From the human T2T-CHM13v2.0 reference genome, Homo sapiens: 64,000 nucleotides of DNA. The DNA lies in the NCBI GenBank assembly GCA_009914755.4, contig CP068257.2, positions 34,912,001-34,976,000 of the forward strand. Direction: 5' to 3'. Below are positions 13,660-26,899 of this stretch, piece by piece (the first letter of the stretch is position 1; every line of letters starts with the position of its first letter). The notes under the pieces are model-generated. The model had not been told where the DNA came from, made no database searches, and saw only the letters and a list, made by a program, of their open reading frames with translations. The position numbers were made by a program, and so were the translations under genes.

Positions 13660-13880
13660 ACTTACCAAACACTTCTCATGTTCTGGGCACTATAATAAGT
13701 GCTTTAGCACTTTGGCTTTACATAATCGTTGTAACTACCTAATGACATGGATCTCTAATTGTGCCCATTTTACAAAAGAGTACAATTGAGGCAATGGGTC
13801 CTGAGGCCAGTAGCTGAAGAATGGCGGAGCTGCGACTTGAACCCAGGCATCTAGTTCTAGGACCCCACTCTGAAATACTG
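13660..13880 (-). mobile_element. MIR SINE
   Basis: GCCCATTTTACAAAAGAGTACAATTGAGGCAATGGGTCCTGAGGCCAGTAGCTGAAGAATGGCGGAGCTGCGACTTGAACCCAGGCATCTAGTTCTAGGACCCCACTCTG matches MIR core (CCCCATTTTACAGATGAGGAAACTGAGGCACAGAG...GATTCGAACCCAGG). Confidence 0.7.
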
Positions 13881-16800
13881 CACTGTAATTTACATATATT
13901 CATTTCCCCTCGTTTCCAAATGTGGGACACGGCCAAAAGCAAGCAAATATGCATAAGGAGCTTCTGACACGTAAACAGCCACCCCCATACTGTGGCATTT
14001 CTCCTGTTCTTGCCTACAGTTCTAGTTGATTCCTAAAGTGGGAGAGAGCGTGCATGATGATAGGGACTGTTTACTTAGCAAAGAAACTGAGTCAGCTCAG
14101 GATCCCCAAGGCTGCAGCCAGGGAAGCCTGTGTCATGGATTCAACCGTCTGTGCTGAGCCGCACCTGCACTGGCTGAATTGCTAGCAGCCGGGTTTCAAT
14201 TTGGGGACCCAATGGGTGACACCCAGGAACCCAGAAGCCACACCAGCCCTTGGCTCCCTCCAACCCAGGTTTCCATTACCATGGTGCTGCCTGCCAGCTT
14301 GGCAGGATCACACTACACCTTGGGCAGGTCCTTGCCCTGGGCCCCCTCTGCTGCCATCCATCCCTCTCCCTGAAAAAGGTGGTGGGAAGGACAATGGCCT
14401 TTTCTTGGCTGAGGAGTGCCAGGGAACCAAGCCTCTCAGTACAGAAGGAGGGAGCAGCCGAGGCTGTCTGACATCCAGACCCCATCACAGGGTAGGCCTG
14501 CTGGATTGTGGGTGTCTTACATTTGCTCATCCTCCAAGACTAGAACAAAGTTCTTCCAGGCCTCAGACAGTCATCCCTGCCTGCAGCTATTGACTGTTTG
14601 CATAGGAGGGGATGGAGTTGGGATTTAGGAAGGAGAGGCAAATTTGAGGCTGGGGAGAATTTGAATTTTCCTGTGCACTAACCACAGTCATCCCCTCCTC
14701 CAGAGCACACTCACTCTCAGACGCCCAGGGAGCTAAGCAAAATTTCTCTGTATTTTATCCAAATATGCCGTGGACTTTGAAATGAACTCTTTACACCTCC
14801 TTCCTGCTGACCCGACTGCAAATCAGCTTTTGATGGGATTGGACAGCTTGGAGAGATGGGCAGCGATCACGCTGAAATATGATGACAGGGGCAAGACTGC
14901 AAGGACATCCGCGAAGTAAGACATGTGCACAGAGCAACCATGTGAAAACAATTAGGACGACAAATTTACTAATTGCTGAAAGTAACTTAATAACAAAACC
15001 ACAATGCTCTCTGTTATTAATCCTGGCTACTGCAGCGGGTGCCAATTGAAGTTTGCTTGCAGGAGGGATTGTAAGTATCAGGCCAGTGCCCTAGCATTTG
15101 TGGATACTAAGTGAAAAGAGGTTGCATCTCTGTTGGTAACTGAAAAATAAACCGCTGTTCAGCCTCCTACCAATGCAGGTGGCCATAGGGATTTGAGGCA
15201 TTTCTGAAGCCCATGGAGAGAGGGAGGCAGGGCTCTCTTGCCTTTCTGTGACTCTCTCTTTTTTGCATTCTCCACTTAAACCAGAGCAACGGGCATTACT
15301 CAGATTTTGGAGGGTTAAGAATTGATTTTTAAGAAACACAAATTCAAATGCAATATTCTTAAAGCGTTTTAAGGTGGAGTGGGTAGAAATGAGGTAGCAA
15401 GGGACTCCATTCTTGGGTTGGGTGAGGAGCCTTCAAAAGTTCTCTGAGTTCCCAAGTCTTTCACAGGCTGCTTGCTACACATAATCCTTCACAGAAATTA
15501 GGTATCAGTGCCTAGGCATCGGGAGTGAATGCAGTATTTCTGGAGGCAAGGGAGTCCCTTAGCCCTCCAGAAGATCAAAGACAACCATCAAATGTGTCAC
15601 CTTCAATAAGTCATGGGATGCAAAGGACCATAATTTCCCTTACTAGAGGGGCTCTTTGTGCCTATATTTCTCTTAAGTTGCCTAAGTCTGCAAACATTTG
15701 GATCATTCAAGCCTCATTTTTTTTCCTTGAAATATTTATAAAAAAGGCTGAATTATTATTTTTTGAAATATGTTAGTATCTGCCCCCACTCTGTATTTGA
15801 CCATTTATATCTCAATGAGAAATTGCATTTATTAAAGCTGGCAGCTCTGTGTGTACTTTATTGTGATGTTTTTGTAATTACAATGAGCAGTGTAGCTTTT
15901 CTTCCCCTCCCAATTAAAATGATCCTGGCCCAGAATTTCAGAGTCTTCAAGGCCAAGTTTGCTTCTCCTGGAGCATCCCCAGGAGATGTCTGCCCAGGCG
16001 GGAGGAGGCAACGAAACCTCTTCTTGGACCCAGGACTTCACCAAGGTCCTGCAAGAGCCCTTCAGCCCTCCCTCCAGCAAGAGCGAGAACCAGTGTGGTG
16101 GCCTCAATGGGTCCTCCCGCCCAACAGCTGCCTTTCAGGAAACAGAGACTGTAACCTGGGACTTATTAAAAGTTTGGAGAGAAATAATATTTCTGAGGTT
16201 GTTCAACCTCTGGCTACTTTGAAGTTTATTCTTGGATTAATCCAGATCTTCAGAGACCTGCATATGGGCATGCATTATTTTCACTTTTTGCAGAATCACT
16301 TTCACTAAATTGCATGTTAGTCTTATCTTATTGACCTACTTCTAAAGAATATTTGGTTAAGAAAACAAATTCTCAGGCCTCATCCCAGAGCCTGATTCAG
16401 CATTTCCAGGAACACGCTGGAAAGCTGTCAGTGTCAAAGCGTCTCTGTGGTCAGGGTGATTGCCCTGTGACATATCTTTGAGAGTTCATGGCTAGAAACA
16501 GCTGTGCTTGTTCTGAGCAATGGGCTTATTTTTTATCACTAGACACTGTGATACTTCTAACTAATCATGTCATTTCTTTGGGTTGACTGTAGGAACCTCA
16601 GATTCAAATCCACCCCTAGCAAAAATGTGCACGGTCTCAGCACAGGTAATTTTTGTTTATTTTCTAGCAACTGCCTTTACCTTCTTTCCCCTCTGTTGAA
16701 CTTTCCTCAAGCACTTACCTTTTTTATTATGGAAAATGTCAGACACAATGTAAACGCTTACCTTTTTATTACAAAAAATTTCAAACATAGGCAAGAAGAG

Positions 16801-19386
16801 CAAACATAATGAGTTCTTATGTATCCATCACCAAACTTCAATAATTTTCAACTTACAGCCAACCTTTAAATATTTATTTTTAATCTTACCAAGATTATTG
16901 GAATCTTCGTAAGTCTCCCAAATTCTTTTTCTAATGAGATAGAGAGTACATTATAAATAACCACAACAAATTAGCAGTTCTTACATTTAAAAGTGATGTT
17001 GCCTCCCCACCCCTAAGAGGACATTTGGCAATGTCTGGAGACATTTTTCATTGTCACAACTGGGCAGGGAGGAGTGTTGCTCTTGGCATCTAGTGGGTAG
17101 AGTCAGCGATGCTGCTCAATGCCCTACAACGCACAGGACAATCCCCAAAACAAAGAACGATCAGCCTCAAATGGCCATGGTGCTGAGGTTGTGCACTAAA
17201 TTAAAATGAGTATTTTTCAAGTTAGACTATTCCTAGGAAATTGACTTTAAAGCACAACTTGTGTTTTCAAGTTGACAAATGTTCTAAATATCATAGGTTT
17301 GGTGGTTTATAGGGTATTCATGGTATACACGCTGGAATATCAGTAAGAAACTAGTTGACGGTGGTTGTCTCTGGGGAGAACTGGGTGGCAGGGCAGGATA
17401 AAGACTTACTTTTTCCTCTATCCCCATTTGTGTCTTTTATATTTTATAATGCATGCAGGTCTTACCTACTTGAAATACATTTGAATAACATGGAGTACGT
17501 GGATGTTTTCAAAGGATCTGAAAATAAAGTTTTTATTTTAAAGAAAGCTTTTGAAATGGTTGTGTAAAGAGACCAAAAAGAACCTTCTGACAGAGCTTTC
17601 CAGAGTACTGTGAGCCTGTCAGACACCTAGTGTGGCTCAGCAGCGCCCGGGCCATTAAGGGAATCAGAAACACGTGGAGAGGCGGCCGCTGCTCCCGGCA
17701 TGATGGATCAATTGTTCGAGAGCGAAGTTAAATGCGAGGGTCCCTGTGCCAAGCCTCTGACACTAATGAGCCCTCAACTCCAGGGAGCAGGTCTCCCAGG
17801 GCCAGGCAGTGACGTGGCTTCTGGGCAGCAGACAGGAGGGCTGGGAGCCGCCTGCAGCCTGGCCGGAGCTGGCCACAGGATAAGGTCCACTCCTGCCTCC
17901 ATCAGCTGGTGGCCATCTGCACCACCCTCTGATCCTCCAAAGATGGTCACTCACCCGCTGATCCTCCAAAGGACACAGCTACGTTGAGCTGTAAATGGTG
18001 ACAGAAGTGAGGCAAACCCCTTGCTTCTTTTGAAAAGAAAGGCCCAGCGAACACATCTTTGGAAACATTACCTGGCGGTGTCACTTCCATTCTTAAAACC
18101 CCAGTGGCTTTTGGCTGACCTTGGTCCCCCTCTTTCTCCTCGCGTCCTCTGCCTCTCAACTCTGGCTCCCGGGCTTTTTGTCAGTCCCTTGGATTCATTG
18201 CACTCCCCTCCACTGCAGGGCCCCTGCAGATGCCGTTCCTTCCACCAGGCACACCCTCTGTCTCCTCTTTTCCTTGTTACCTCCTCCAGGAAGCCCCCCT
18301 TCCTCCACTCCCCTAGTAAGTCAACCCCCCTCATGACAGGCCATCCAAAACCTGGGTCCTTTTCCTCCCAGCTCCTGGAGAGCTGCATCTTCACCATCTG
18401 TGCCATCATGTGATAAATGCCAATCTCCCGGCTGGGCCATGAGCTCTGGAAGCAGCATCTAAGTCCAGTTGGTTTGCCCGTCCCAGAGCTGCATCAGGCC
18501 CATATTCACTGGGACTCACTAAATGTTCATTGACCAAGAGACCTAATGAAGAACACAAACAGCCCCGCCCCAGAGGCAGGCATCAATACACAGCTCATCG
18601 AGGGAATCCTGGAAGAGCAGCCAAGCTCAGGGGAGCAGAAGGGTCTCCAAGATGTGGGGGAATGGGGTCTGGGCAGCCTGGAAGCTTCCACGGCTTCTCC
18701 AGGGTGGAGACCAAGTCTGTGGCAGGTCAGAGGGTTGCGTGGATGGTTACCCTGACTGCCCCATGGTATCTCCTGCTTCTCCCCTCTCCCGCATGGTCCC
18801 CAATGGAGTAAGGCTGACTTCCTTGGTGCCAAAGGCATCGATGACCCCTTGGGATTGGTCAGTTGATGTGGGGAGGCCAAGGGTGGAAGAGCTAAGAGCT
18901 CCTCCAGGGTGATCTGGGGAGAATGAGGAAGCCCCTTCCACACTGACCCATGAGAAAGCGGAAATGTCTTCCTCTCTCCAAAGCAAGGCCTTCCCTGACT
19001 GCAGTGACCCCAGTGGCTGCCCCTTCTCCAGGCTCCCACCACACCCTGGGCACATTCCAGTTGCTGCATAGTTCACAATGATGCTCTTTCTAGATGTTTG
19101 GTGGCCAGCTAGGCTGTGAGCTCCCTGAGGGTAAGGACTATGGAATATTTTTTCTTAATACTCAAACCATGCACAATGGCCCAATTATTAAGGTACCCAA
19201 CAACCTTCTACAGAATGAGCTTATCATTGCTATGGGGGATCACACAGACGATTCATAGCTGGTGTTTTTTTTTTTTTTTAACTTGTCCATCTTGCTACGA
19301 TTTCTGTCAGCATGAGCAGAAATGGAGACTGAAAGACAGGGCTGTTGGCTTCAAGCAAGACTTTTATATTCCTTCATGTGTGCATT

Positions 19387-19422
19387 ACACACACACACAC
19401 TCTCTCTCTCTCTCTCTCTCCT
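19387..19422. repeat. Microsatellite (CA)6(TC)11
   Basis: acacacacacactctctctctctctctctctc. Confidence 0.95.
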
Positions 19423-20039
19423 CCCCACCCCTGCCCCCCTCCGGCTACTGAGAGTCCTCGCTGAAGCCAAAAGTGGTAGACATGTAAGAAAATGCTGCAA
19501 AATGAGAAAGATGTATTTGGTGTTGAAAAGGAAATTGATGAGGAGAAGGAGCGTGTGGCCCCCGGGTAAGGGGAGCTGCCCTCCCAACTGGCAGGTGTGC
19601 AGCTTTCTCAGGGCACCCCACAGAGGCCCTGGAAGGCATTATTCCTTTGCTTGCTTTCTGTGGAGAACAAATCACCTCTAAAACATTTCCCAGAGGAAGG
19701 GCCGGTGGGGCGAGAATTACTTCTGGGGGTTGACCAGCCACAGGCTCAGCCAGAGAGCAGCAGCTGCTGTCAGAAAGATCACGGTTGGCCAGCATGGCCA
19801 CTTGTCAGCACACAACGGCCCTGGAGGAACTCACCTGCCCCAGGTAAAGACAGTGAGACAAGGGTGGACATCGGTGAACTTCCTCTCTTCCTTCAGGTCT
19901 TCACTCAAGTGTCACCTCCCTGGGGACCCTCCCCTGGCCACATTCCTACTCGCAATCGTCCCCTGGCCTTGTGGCCTGCACACTTTCCCACCCCTGTCAT
20001 GCCTGATTTTTCCCCTGAGCACGGATGACGCTTGAAAGC

Positions 20040-20215
20040 CCATTCATGTTACTGATTCTCAACATCTTTCTCCTGTGATTGCAGCTGGAATGAGGATAGA
20101 CACTGCACCTGCACTGTCCCCTGCTCTGTCCCCAGCAGCTACAACACTGCCTGGCACATAGCATGACATTGGTATTTATTGCATGGTCGAAAGAATGAAT
20201 GAATTGGAGTCGTTG
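20040..20215 (+). mobile_element. L2/MIR 3'-tail fragment
   Basis: CCCCAGCAGCTACAACACTGCCTGGCACATAGCATGACATTGGTATTTATTGCATGGTCGAAAGAATGAATGAATTGG versus consensus CCCCAGTGCCTAGCACAGTGCCTGGCACATAGTAGGTGCTCAATAAATATTTGTTGAATGAATGAA. Confidence 0.6.
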
Positions 20216-22800
20216 AAGGCTGCCTTTTAGAATGGTGACTACCCTGTATTCAGATTCTTTTCAAGATATTGTCTTTCTAAATGCCCCAGAGTACTAGGAG
20301 GACACAACCTACGTTTAAATTTAAAAACACCCAGTGCATTTTCAAAAGAAAGTTGCTTTAAGTTCGCTGCATTAAATTAAATTCACTGAACTTTCTCAGG
20401 GCTACCCTGAGATAGCCCAGACACGCAGCGGGTCTTGGGAGGCTTGGCCATTGTCACCATGATACCAACTTGGCTCCTCTCCCCCTGACCCCAAAAGTCG
20501 AATAAGCTCTTTACCTTCATTGGTGTGGAAATAGAGCTCAGGGCAGTTTTAGTAGCTATATGTGGAGGGAGAATTGGAGGGGCCCTAAAGTAAGTTGGTT
20601 TGCTAAGAGCCACCCTTTCAAGAGAAGTCAAAGGGCAGTGCCAAATCCTGCTCGTCGCCAGGGTTTCTCAGGTGCTGTCTGGAAAGTTGGGCCCGTGGCA
20701 TCGGCCCCGTTTCTAACCTGGTCCCCACCACAGGCCTGGATCACATGCTCCCAGTCCCCTCCCAGTTCCCATCTTAGGTCCGGGAACTCCTCCTGGCCTT
20801 CTCTAGTTCTTGGAGACCTGTCAAGAGGTCCCTGCTCCATCCAACTCTGCTCATATCCCACAAATTCTCTATCTGCTCACTGCCTAATGCCGACAACAGT
20901 CACAGTGCAAGGCAAGAGGCTCTGGGGGCACCAGCCACGGTCCCTACAGAGATGGTAGCAGGTTGAGGAGAGTCCTTCCCAAATTCATGCTCACCCAGAA
21001 CCTCAGAATGTGGCCTTATTTGGAAATAGGATTGTTGCAGATGGTGAGGATGAGGTCACCCTGGAGCAGGATGGGCCCTACTCTAAAATGACTGTTGTCC
21101 TTAGAAGCAGGCACCAGGGGAAGGCCACGTGAAGAGGGAGGCAGAGACTGCAGTGACACAGCTGTGAGCCAAGGCCAAGGAATGGTGTGGCCAGCCGGCA
21201 GCCACCAGAGTGGGGAGGGGGCACGGAACAGACTCCCCTTGGAGCCTCCAGAAGGAACCAGCCCTGCCTACCCCGCAATTTCGGACTTCCTGTCCCCAGA
21301 CCTGTGAGACAATAAATCTCTTGTACTTTGTTACAACTGTCCTTAGCAAACAAATCCAGAGAGACCACGATGGCTTGGCCCCCTCCCCTTGGCCTCTGCG
21401 CTGGGAGGGAGGACCCCAGTGAGATCTCCGAGCAGATGCACTGTTCCCTGCGGACAGGATTTATTCCTGGAGCCTCTGCCTCCCGTAAGCTGGCGGGCAG
21501 ACCCAGTCCAAACTTGGCACTACCTCCCACTGCCTCCTTTTCTTGCCTCTCTTCCCTCTTCAGCCCACAAACTCCTTGAGGTCTGAGCATCATTTTGTCC
21601 ATGGCTTTGGGCAGGGTGGCTGGCACAGGGTAGGGGTACCACAAATAACTGTTGGAGTGTAGCCAGCCCCTTGTTTAGGGAAGAGATGGGTCTAACAGCT
21701 GGGCATGCTGGTCTTGTGATCTGGATCTGAGATGCCGCCTTGGGTGGTGGGTAGAGGGATGACCCTGAGCCAGCCCTGTTGCAACAGATCCTCCTGAAGA
21801 TCCCAGATGCTCCAGGTGCCATCTCTAGGTTAGCTGTGCTGTAGGATCACAGCAGGGGGACAAATTTTCACGTGAAAAGAACAATCACATCAAGCAAAAT
21901 GCTCACTCACTGACAGAGATCAATGAAGCAGACAGCAACTCATTGCAACTGCTCCTGTCCTGTCGGTCGAGAGGAGAGTGCAGCGTGACCCAACAGCCCT
22001 GCTGCTCCCAGCCGCAGACAAGCCATCCTTCTTGGCTGCTGTTTTCATCATTTTTTAAAGGACTGTTGAGGGTGGGAGGAAGTAGGAAAGGAGGTGGTTT
22101 CATGTGAGATTTCTACAGTTTGGTAACAGTAAAAAATGGGAGAAGTGATAAAGTTACTACATTCATCAGTCATCCACCCCGAAACATTTGCAACTGATTA
22201 TGTTCCTCAGAATTGGCACTGAGTCATGAGGTATTCTTGTAAGCAGTTTGCTGGCATGAGCCAAAGGCAGGAAAACTAGAAAGTACCTCTGAAACACGTT
22301 CAGAAGAAACATTCTCCCAAGTAATAAAAAAGATATGGAGACCAGTAGTTGCTTTTCTCAGCGGCAAAATATCCAGCGATACTTTAAAAAAATGGAAATA
22401 AAATGAGAATGGTTCTGGCAACTGCAAAGACGCATGCACTTTTGCTGCCTATCTTAACAGACAAGTGGGCTTTCTGAGTCCTGTGCTCAGTATAAGATGC
22501 CCCATGTGAAAGGGAGCTGATGGCCATGTTGAGCGGGCACACTTAAGGACACTTAGGGGTTTATGTTATATTTATGGCCAAGTTAAGTTGATCTGTTACA
22601 GGACTCATTATCCTAAAAGGGTCACTAATGACATTTGCTGGAAATTTTGCCCAGAATGCTTTCAGTTTGACCCTCTAGAGATGGCCATGGTTGGGTTGAA
22701 TTAAGGCTCATAACTGAGCCAGAAAAATAAACCTGATTTATGGCCAAACTGGTTTTTACTGACCTGTGAAGTAAATGAAACTTGAATCCCTATGATAAAA

Positions 22801-22835
22801 CAAGACAAAAACAAAACAAAACAAAACAAAAAATC
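22801..22835. repeat. Microsatellite (AAAAC)n
   Basis: caagacaaaaacaaaacaaaacaaaacaaaaaatc. Confidence 0.9.
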
Positions 22836-23823
22836 TTCCTGAATTGGAAAAAAAAAACTCTCTATTTTCTAGAATGAATGCATAGGAATGTCAGGCCATT
22901 CTCAGAACAGCACGGGTCTTGGCTTTGAAACCTTGGCCTCGCTGCTGGGAGGAAGCTTTGATCACCACCCCTTTTCTTGCTCTGAGCTTGAATGTCTCTT
23001 GCTTTGGGATTTCTGTTTCTGGCACTTTCTGGACTACTCCCTTGGACATGTGTTTTAACCTGCCTGGGACTTGGGGGTGCAGAGGCCCCTCCTCAACCTC
23101 ACCTCTAAGTGGGATAACCCAGGTTTCCCGCCACCTAGGGCCCAGCTGACGCACACCAAATCCCTTGGCCTTGGGCCTCAACAGGAGAGTGCGAAACAGA
23201 TGGGAGCTAAAGCATTGGCTGGACGTCACCAGCTCTTCTATGAGGCTGTTGAGCTAGGACCAAGGCATTACACGTGAAGGTAGCTGCAGCCTCGAGGCCC
23301 CCGTCTGTTGGAAGGACTCCCCTCAAGCTGACCAAGGGCACTGATGGCGTCTGCTATAGTCTTACCTCTGCCTTCAATGGACCCTTGGTTTCCTGAAGTA
23401 GGAGGTGCAAAAGGCGAGAGGAAGGGGAAGGTGGATTTGGGAAGGGGGTAGATTTCAACACAGGAGGGGGCCAGCTGCTCAGCAAGGCAGTGATGCCCAC
23501 CTGAGGAACAGGCCCCTGGTGGTCTCTGGTCCAGCCTCTGCTGGCAAGCTCTTGCAGTATACGCCTTCCGGTGACTGTCCCTTTGATGCCTCCTTCTGAG
23601 CCAATGCTAGAAATGGCCAACACCAGCATCCAAGGCCCTGCCCGCCCATTTCTTGCCACTCCTTTCCCCGCACCCCATCTTGGCCCACTTTGGAGACTCC
23701 TTAGGAAGGGAGGTGGTTGGGTGGGATGCCCCACACTTCGTGGTCAGCCAGCCCTCCCCTACCACAGCCAAGCAGAAGACAGCTAAACTTCTGACATTGG
23801 CGGTCTCACTGCTAGCCCCTAGA

Positions 23824-23870
23824 AGGACCTGCTACAGTCAGCAGGACCTGCTGCAGTCAGCAGCACCTGC
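23824..23870. repeat. Tandem 19-mer x2.4 (GGACCTGCTRCAGTCAGCA)
   Basis: ggacctgctacagtcagcaggacctgctgcagtcagcagcacctgcc. Confidence 0.85.
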
Positions 23871-24659
23871 CAAGAAGATATTCTTACTCCCCTTTATGGT
23901 GAGGACAACTGTGTGTGAGATGAGGGATGAGGCATGGCCGGCCCACATCATTCCATCTGTGGAGACAAAAGTGACTCCATCTTGGATGCTAATCGCCATG
24001 TTGACTCTGTTTAGCCACCGCCCTGAGAATGTTGATGTCATCGTGCATATCATTGGCTATGGCGAATATAGCGTCCTCGACAGTCCTGGAGGTGGCCTTC
24101 AATTGTCTCTAGAGAGCATGTACCCCCTTTCCCTATGGTATATAAGCCCGGGTCTGGGGGTAACAGTGGGACATCTACGTGCCTTGCCCCTGCCCAAGAC
24201 CATGCCTCTGTCTGTAAGTTCCCCAGTAAGCCACCCTTTACTGACAAACTGGATGTGTCTGCCTTGTTCTCTGGTTTCTCTGCTGTTTTGACATTTGGAG
24301 GCCACTTTGGATATACGGCCCTTTCATGAGACAGCATCCCAACCCCCCCAGGCCCTGGGCTCGGCGGTGCCTCCTGCAGTAATTCCCACAAGGAAGCAGC
24401 TCCTGCTCATTCATTCCTTCAAGGAACTTTGATTGTTTTCTGCTGCAGGCCTGGTCCCTGGCGCTCCAGGAACACAGACCCAGTCTCAAAAGAAGGGCTG
24501 GTCCAGGTACAACCACAACACAGGGTTACAGGTGCCCCGTGAGGAAAGCAGAGGCAGGTGCGTAACAGCCATCACAGGAGATAAACGGCCACACAAGAGA
24601 AGCTTAGTCGGGTCAGGCCCGCCTTGTTGGGAGTGTTTCATTCACTTATTCCCCACAAC

Positions 24660-24800
24660 ATTCGTGCAAGATGGATACTATAATTACTGCCGTTTTACAT
24701 ATGGGGAAGGCAAGGCACAGAGAGGTTAAGAAGCTTGCCCAGAGTCACACAGCTAGGATTCTGAGGTCAGAGTCGGCATTCTGATTTTTGAGCCACTAGA
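24660..24800 (-). mobile_element. MIR fragment
   Basis: TTTTACATATGGGGAAGGCAAGGCACAGAGAGGTTAAGAAGCTTGCCCAGAGTCACACAGCTAGGATTCTGAGGTCAGAGTC matches MIR core TTTTACAGATGAGGAAACTGAGGCACAGAGAGGTTAAGTAACTTGCCCAAGGTCACACAGCTAG. Confidence 0.65.
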
Positions 24801-25099
24801 TTGAAGGGTTGCCAGCAGTACAGGCCTATAGATGTCTTACCGCCCCACCACCCGTTGATAGTTAAAGTTCCTTGAGGGCAGAGGAGGATGCCACGGGATG
24901 TGTTATCATCAAGGAGGCACTTGGTAAGTACTGATTACCTCCCGCCCCTGCCTCTGCAGCACTGACAGGCCTGGGAACGGTCTGCAAAATCTGATGGTCT
25001 CCCCATGACCCTCCAATTCTAAAAGCTCCCCTGACACATGCCATTCTCCAAATTCTTCCATATTTATAGAATTGCTTCCTCAATCATTGAGCATCTTCA

Positions 25100-25235
25100 A
25101 CACACTGCAGGGTCCCCTGAGAGCAACAGCCAGCCCCAGCCTCCCTGGCATTCCTGAAATGCCCCTGGGCTAACCAGAGGCCTGGCACATGGCAAGCCAT
25201 CCGCAGGGATTTGTCAAATGAACGAGTGAATGGAT
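25100..25235 (+). mobile_element. L2/MIR 3'-tail fragment
   Basis: CAGAGGCCTGGCACATGGCAAGCCATCCGCAGGGATTTGTCAAATGAACGAGTGAATGGAT versus AGTGCCTGGCACATAGTAGGTGCTCAATAAATATTTGTTGAATGAATGAA. Confidence 0.5.
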
Positions 25236-25931
25236 ACCTATAACTCTGTCTAACTCAGAGGCTTTGAAGAGGCTTGCTGTTCTAGAATGCCTATAACCAT
25301 GCTTCACTCTGAGTGTTGCTTTTCTAGTATTTGGAGTGCATGAGGAGGGGTTTCAAGCGAATTGCCAAGATATAGCAGGCTAAAACCGCCTTGGTTTTGC
25401 CAGAAATCCCTGGAAAACACAAAAACACAAGCCAAAAGAGGAGGTCTTGGGTCTGGGTGACCCGTACTCAGCACGGGAATTGTCCTGTGGAGAAGGTGGT
25501 TCGGCTCCCGTGCCCTGCACGGGGTGCGCTGTTATGCTTCAAAACAGGACTTATCAACGATTTAGTCTCATTAAGTTGTAAGAAAACAGGCAGCGTGTTC
25601 CAAGGTCGTAAGTTTTCTCAACGTTCGAATGTTTCCAATGTTTTGTAAAACCAAAGAGTGCAGGAGCCCACGGGGCTTTGCTGGGGTGATGGATGGATGT
25701 GGAGTTGGTGAGGAATTTTTCCAGGCTGCCTTGAAAGCCAGCTCATTATGACCCCATGGGCTCCAGACGTTTTCTCGTTCCTAAGGCTGGTCAGGTGGTA
25801 CGTGGGACATTGCCCAAAGATGTCTAGGTCCCACCCTCCATTTTTAGCTTTACCAGAAGCTCCTGAGACTGCAAATGTGAACACACACAGCCACGCATCC
25901 CCCAATTTTCTACTCCTGATTTTCTATAGGT

Positions 25932-25933
<2 letters not shown>

Positions 25934-25986
<53 letters not shown>

Positions 25987-26000
25987 TGTGTGTGTGTGCA
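25934..26000. repeat. Compound microsatellite (GT)22(GA)11(GT)6
   Basis: read directly; gtgtgt...gagagagagagagagagagtgtgtgtgtgtgca. Confidence 0.95.
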
Positions 26001-26899
26001 CGCACAGCATAGGGACACTTTTTGCACAGTGAATCTGATTTTGGCCGCACTTCTCTAGAATAAGGAATTTTAAGAATTCTCACTTTGATCATTTCCCATC
26101 CCACATATCAGTTTTATCCCCAAAGATATCACTCCTGCAAACATCAGCTCCCAGTCACAGTGTTTCACTCAGGGGCTCAAGCTATTGGTGGTCGGTGACT
26201 AATTTCAGCACTTCACTGCCTGGTGCTGAGAGCTGCCCCACAGCTCACCTCGGGGACCCTTTCTTCTTCCAGTTTGCAGTTTGTAGAGCAAAGGGACTTA
26301 GGGACTTGCCATTTGCTTCTCTTGGGTCCTCAATTGATCAGTGTGTCCTCCAGTACTTTCTAGTTAAACTGGCTTATATTAGAGGTGGGAATGTCTTCTA
26401 ATTATAGCAGATTCACCCAGGGCCAGAGGTGACCTAAGTCAGAAGCCTACACAGCGATGGATGAAGAATCAGGTGGAGTGCTGCCCATGGTGGCCCTGGA
26501 CCTTTTTGTGCTTGGACCCTATAGTCCACTCCACCAAAGCCCTTTTTTGGGATCTCTTTATGGGGGTGGTAGGAAGACCACAGCTTTTGAGTCCAACAGG
26601 TTTGGGGTGGAGGTCTGGCTCTGCCTCTGCCTTGTGTATGAGTTTTGGCAAATTTTCTAACTCCCTGACTATGTCGCTTCTTTCCTCTACGAAGAAAACA
26701 ATGCATCCTCAGTGGGAGGCTGGTAACATCAGCCAGGATGACCGATATAAAAACACTTAGAACAGCATCTTGGAAATAAAAGGTACCAGCTCCCGTGAAT
26801 TCTCCGTGTCCACAGCTGTCTTCTTGAAAAGTCTCAACCAATGGAATTGCATTTCCTGTTGTTTGTTGATGGTCCCTGATTTTGGTGGATTCTCTTCTC

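Noticed and set aside
13345-13880. tRNA-like GTTCGAATCC/TTGAACCCAGG motifs as tRNA genes
   Set aside because: They are the tRNA-derived heads of MIR SINEs. The A/B box spacing and acceptor stem are not intact, so no tRNA gene is called.
15763-16308. 181-aa ORF in unique sequence
   Set aside because: No identifiable domain and no splice-site or Kozak context. Its AT-rich start region and mixed composition look like chance. It would need tblastn or conservation data to revive it.
23653-24291. 212-aa ORF MPLLSPHPILAHFGDSLGREVVGWDAPHF...
   Set aside because: No recognisable family. It spans the LTR-like or tandem-repeat region, has Ser/Leu/Pro-rich composition, and nothing supports it as an exon.
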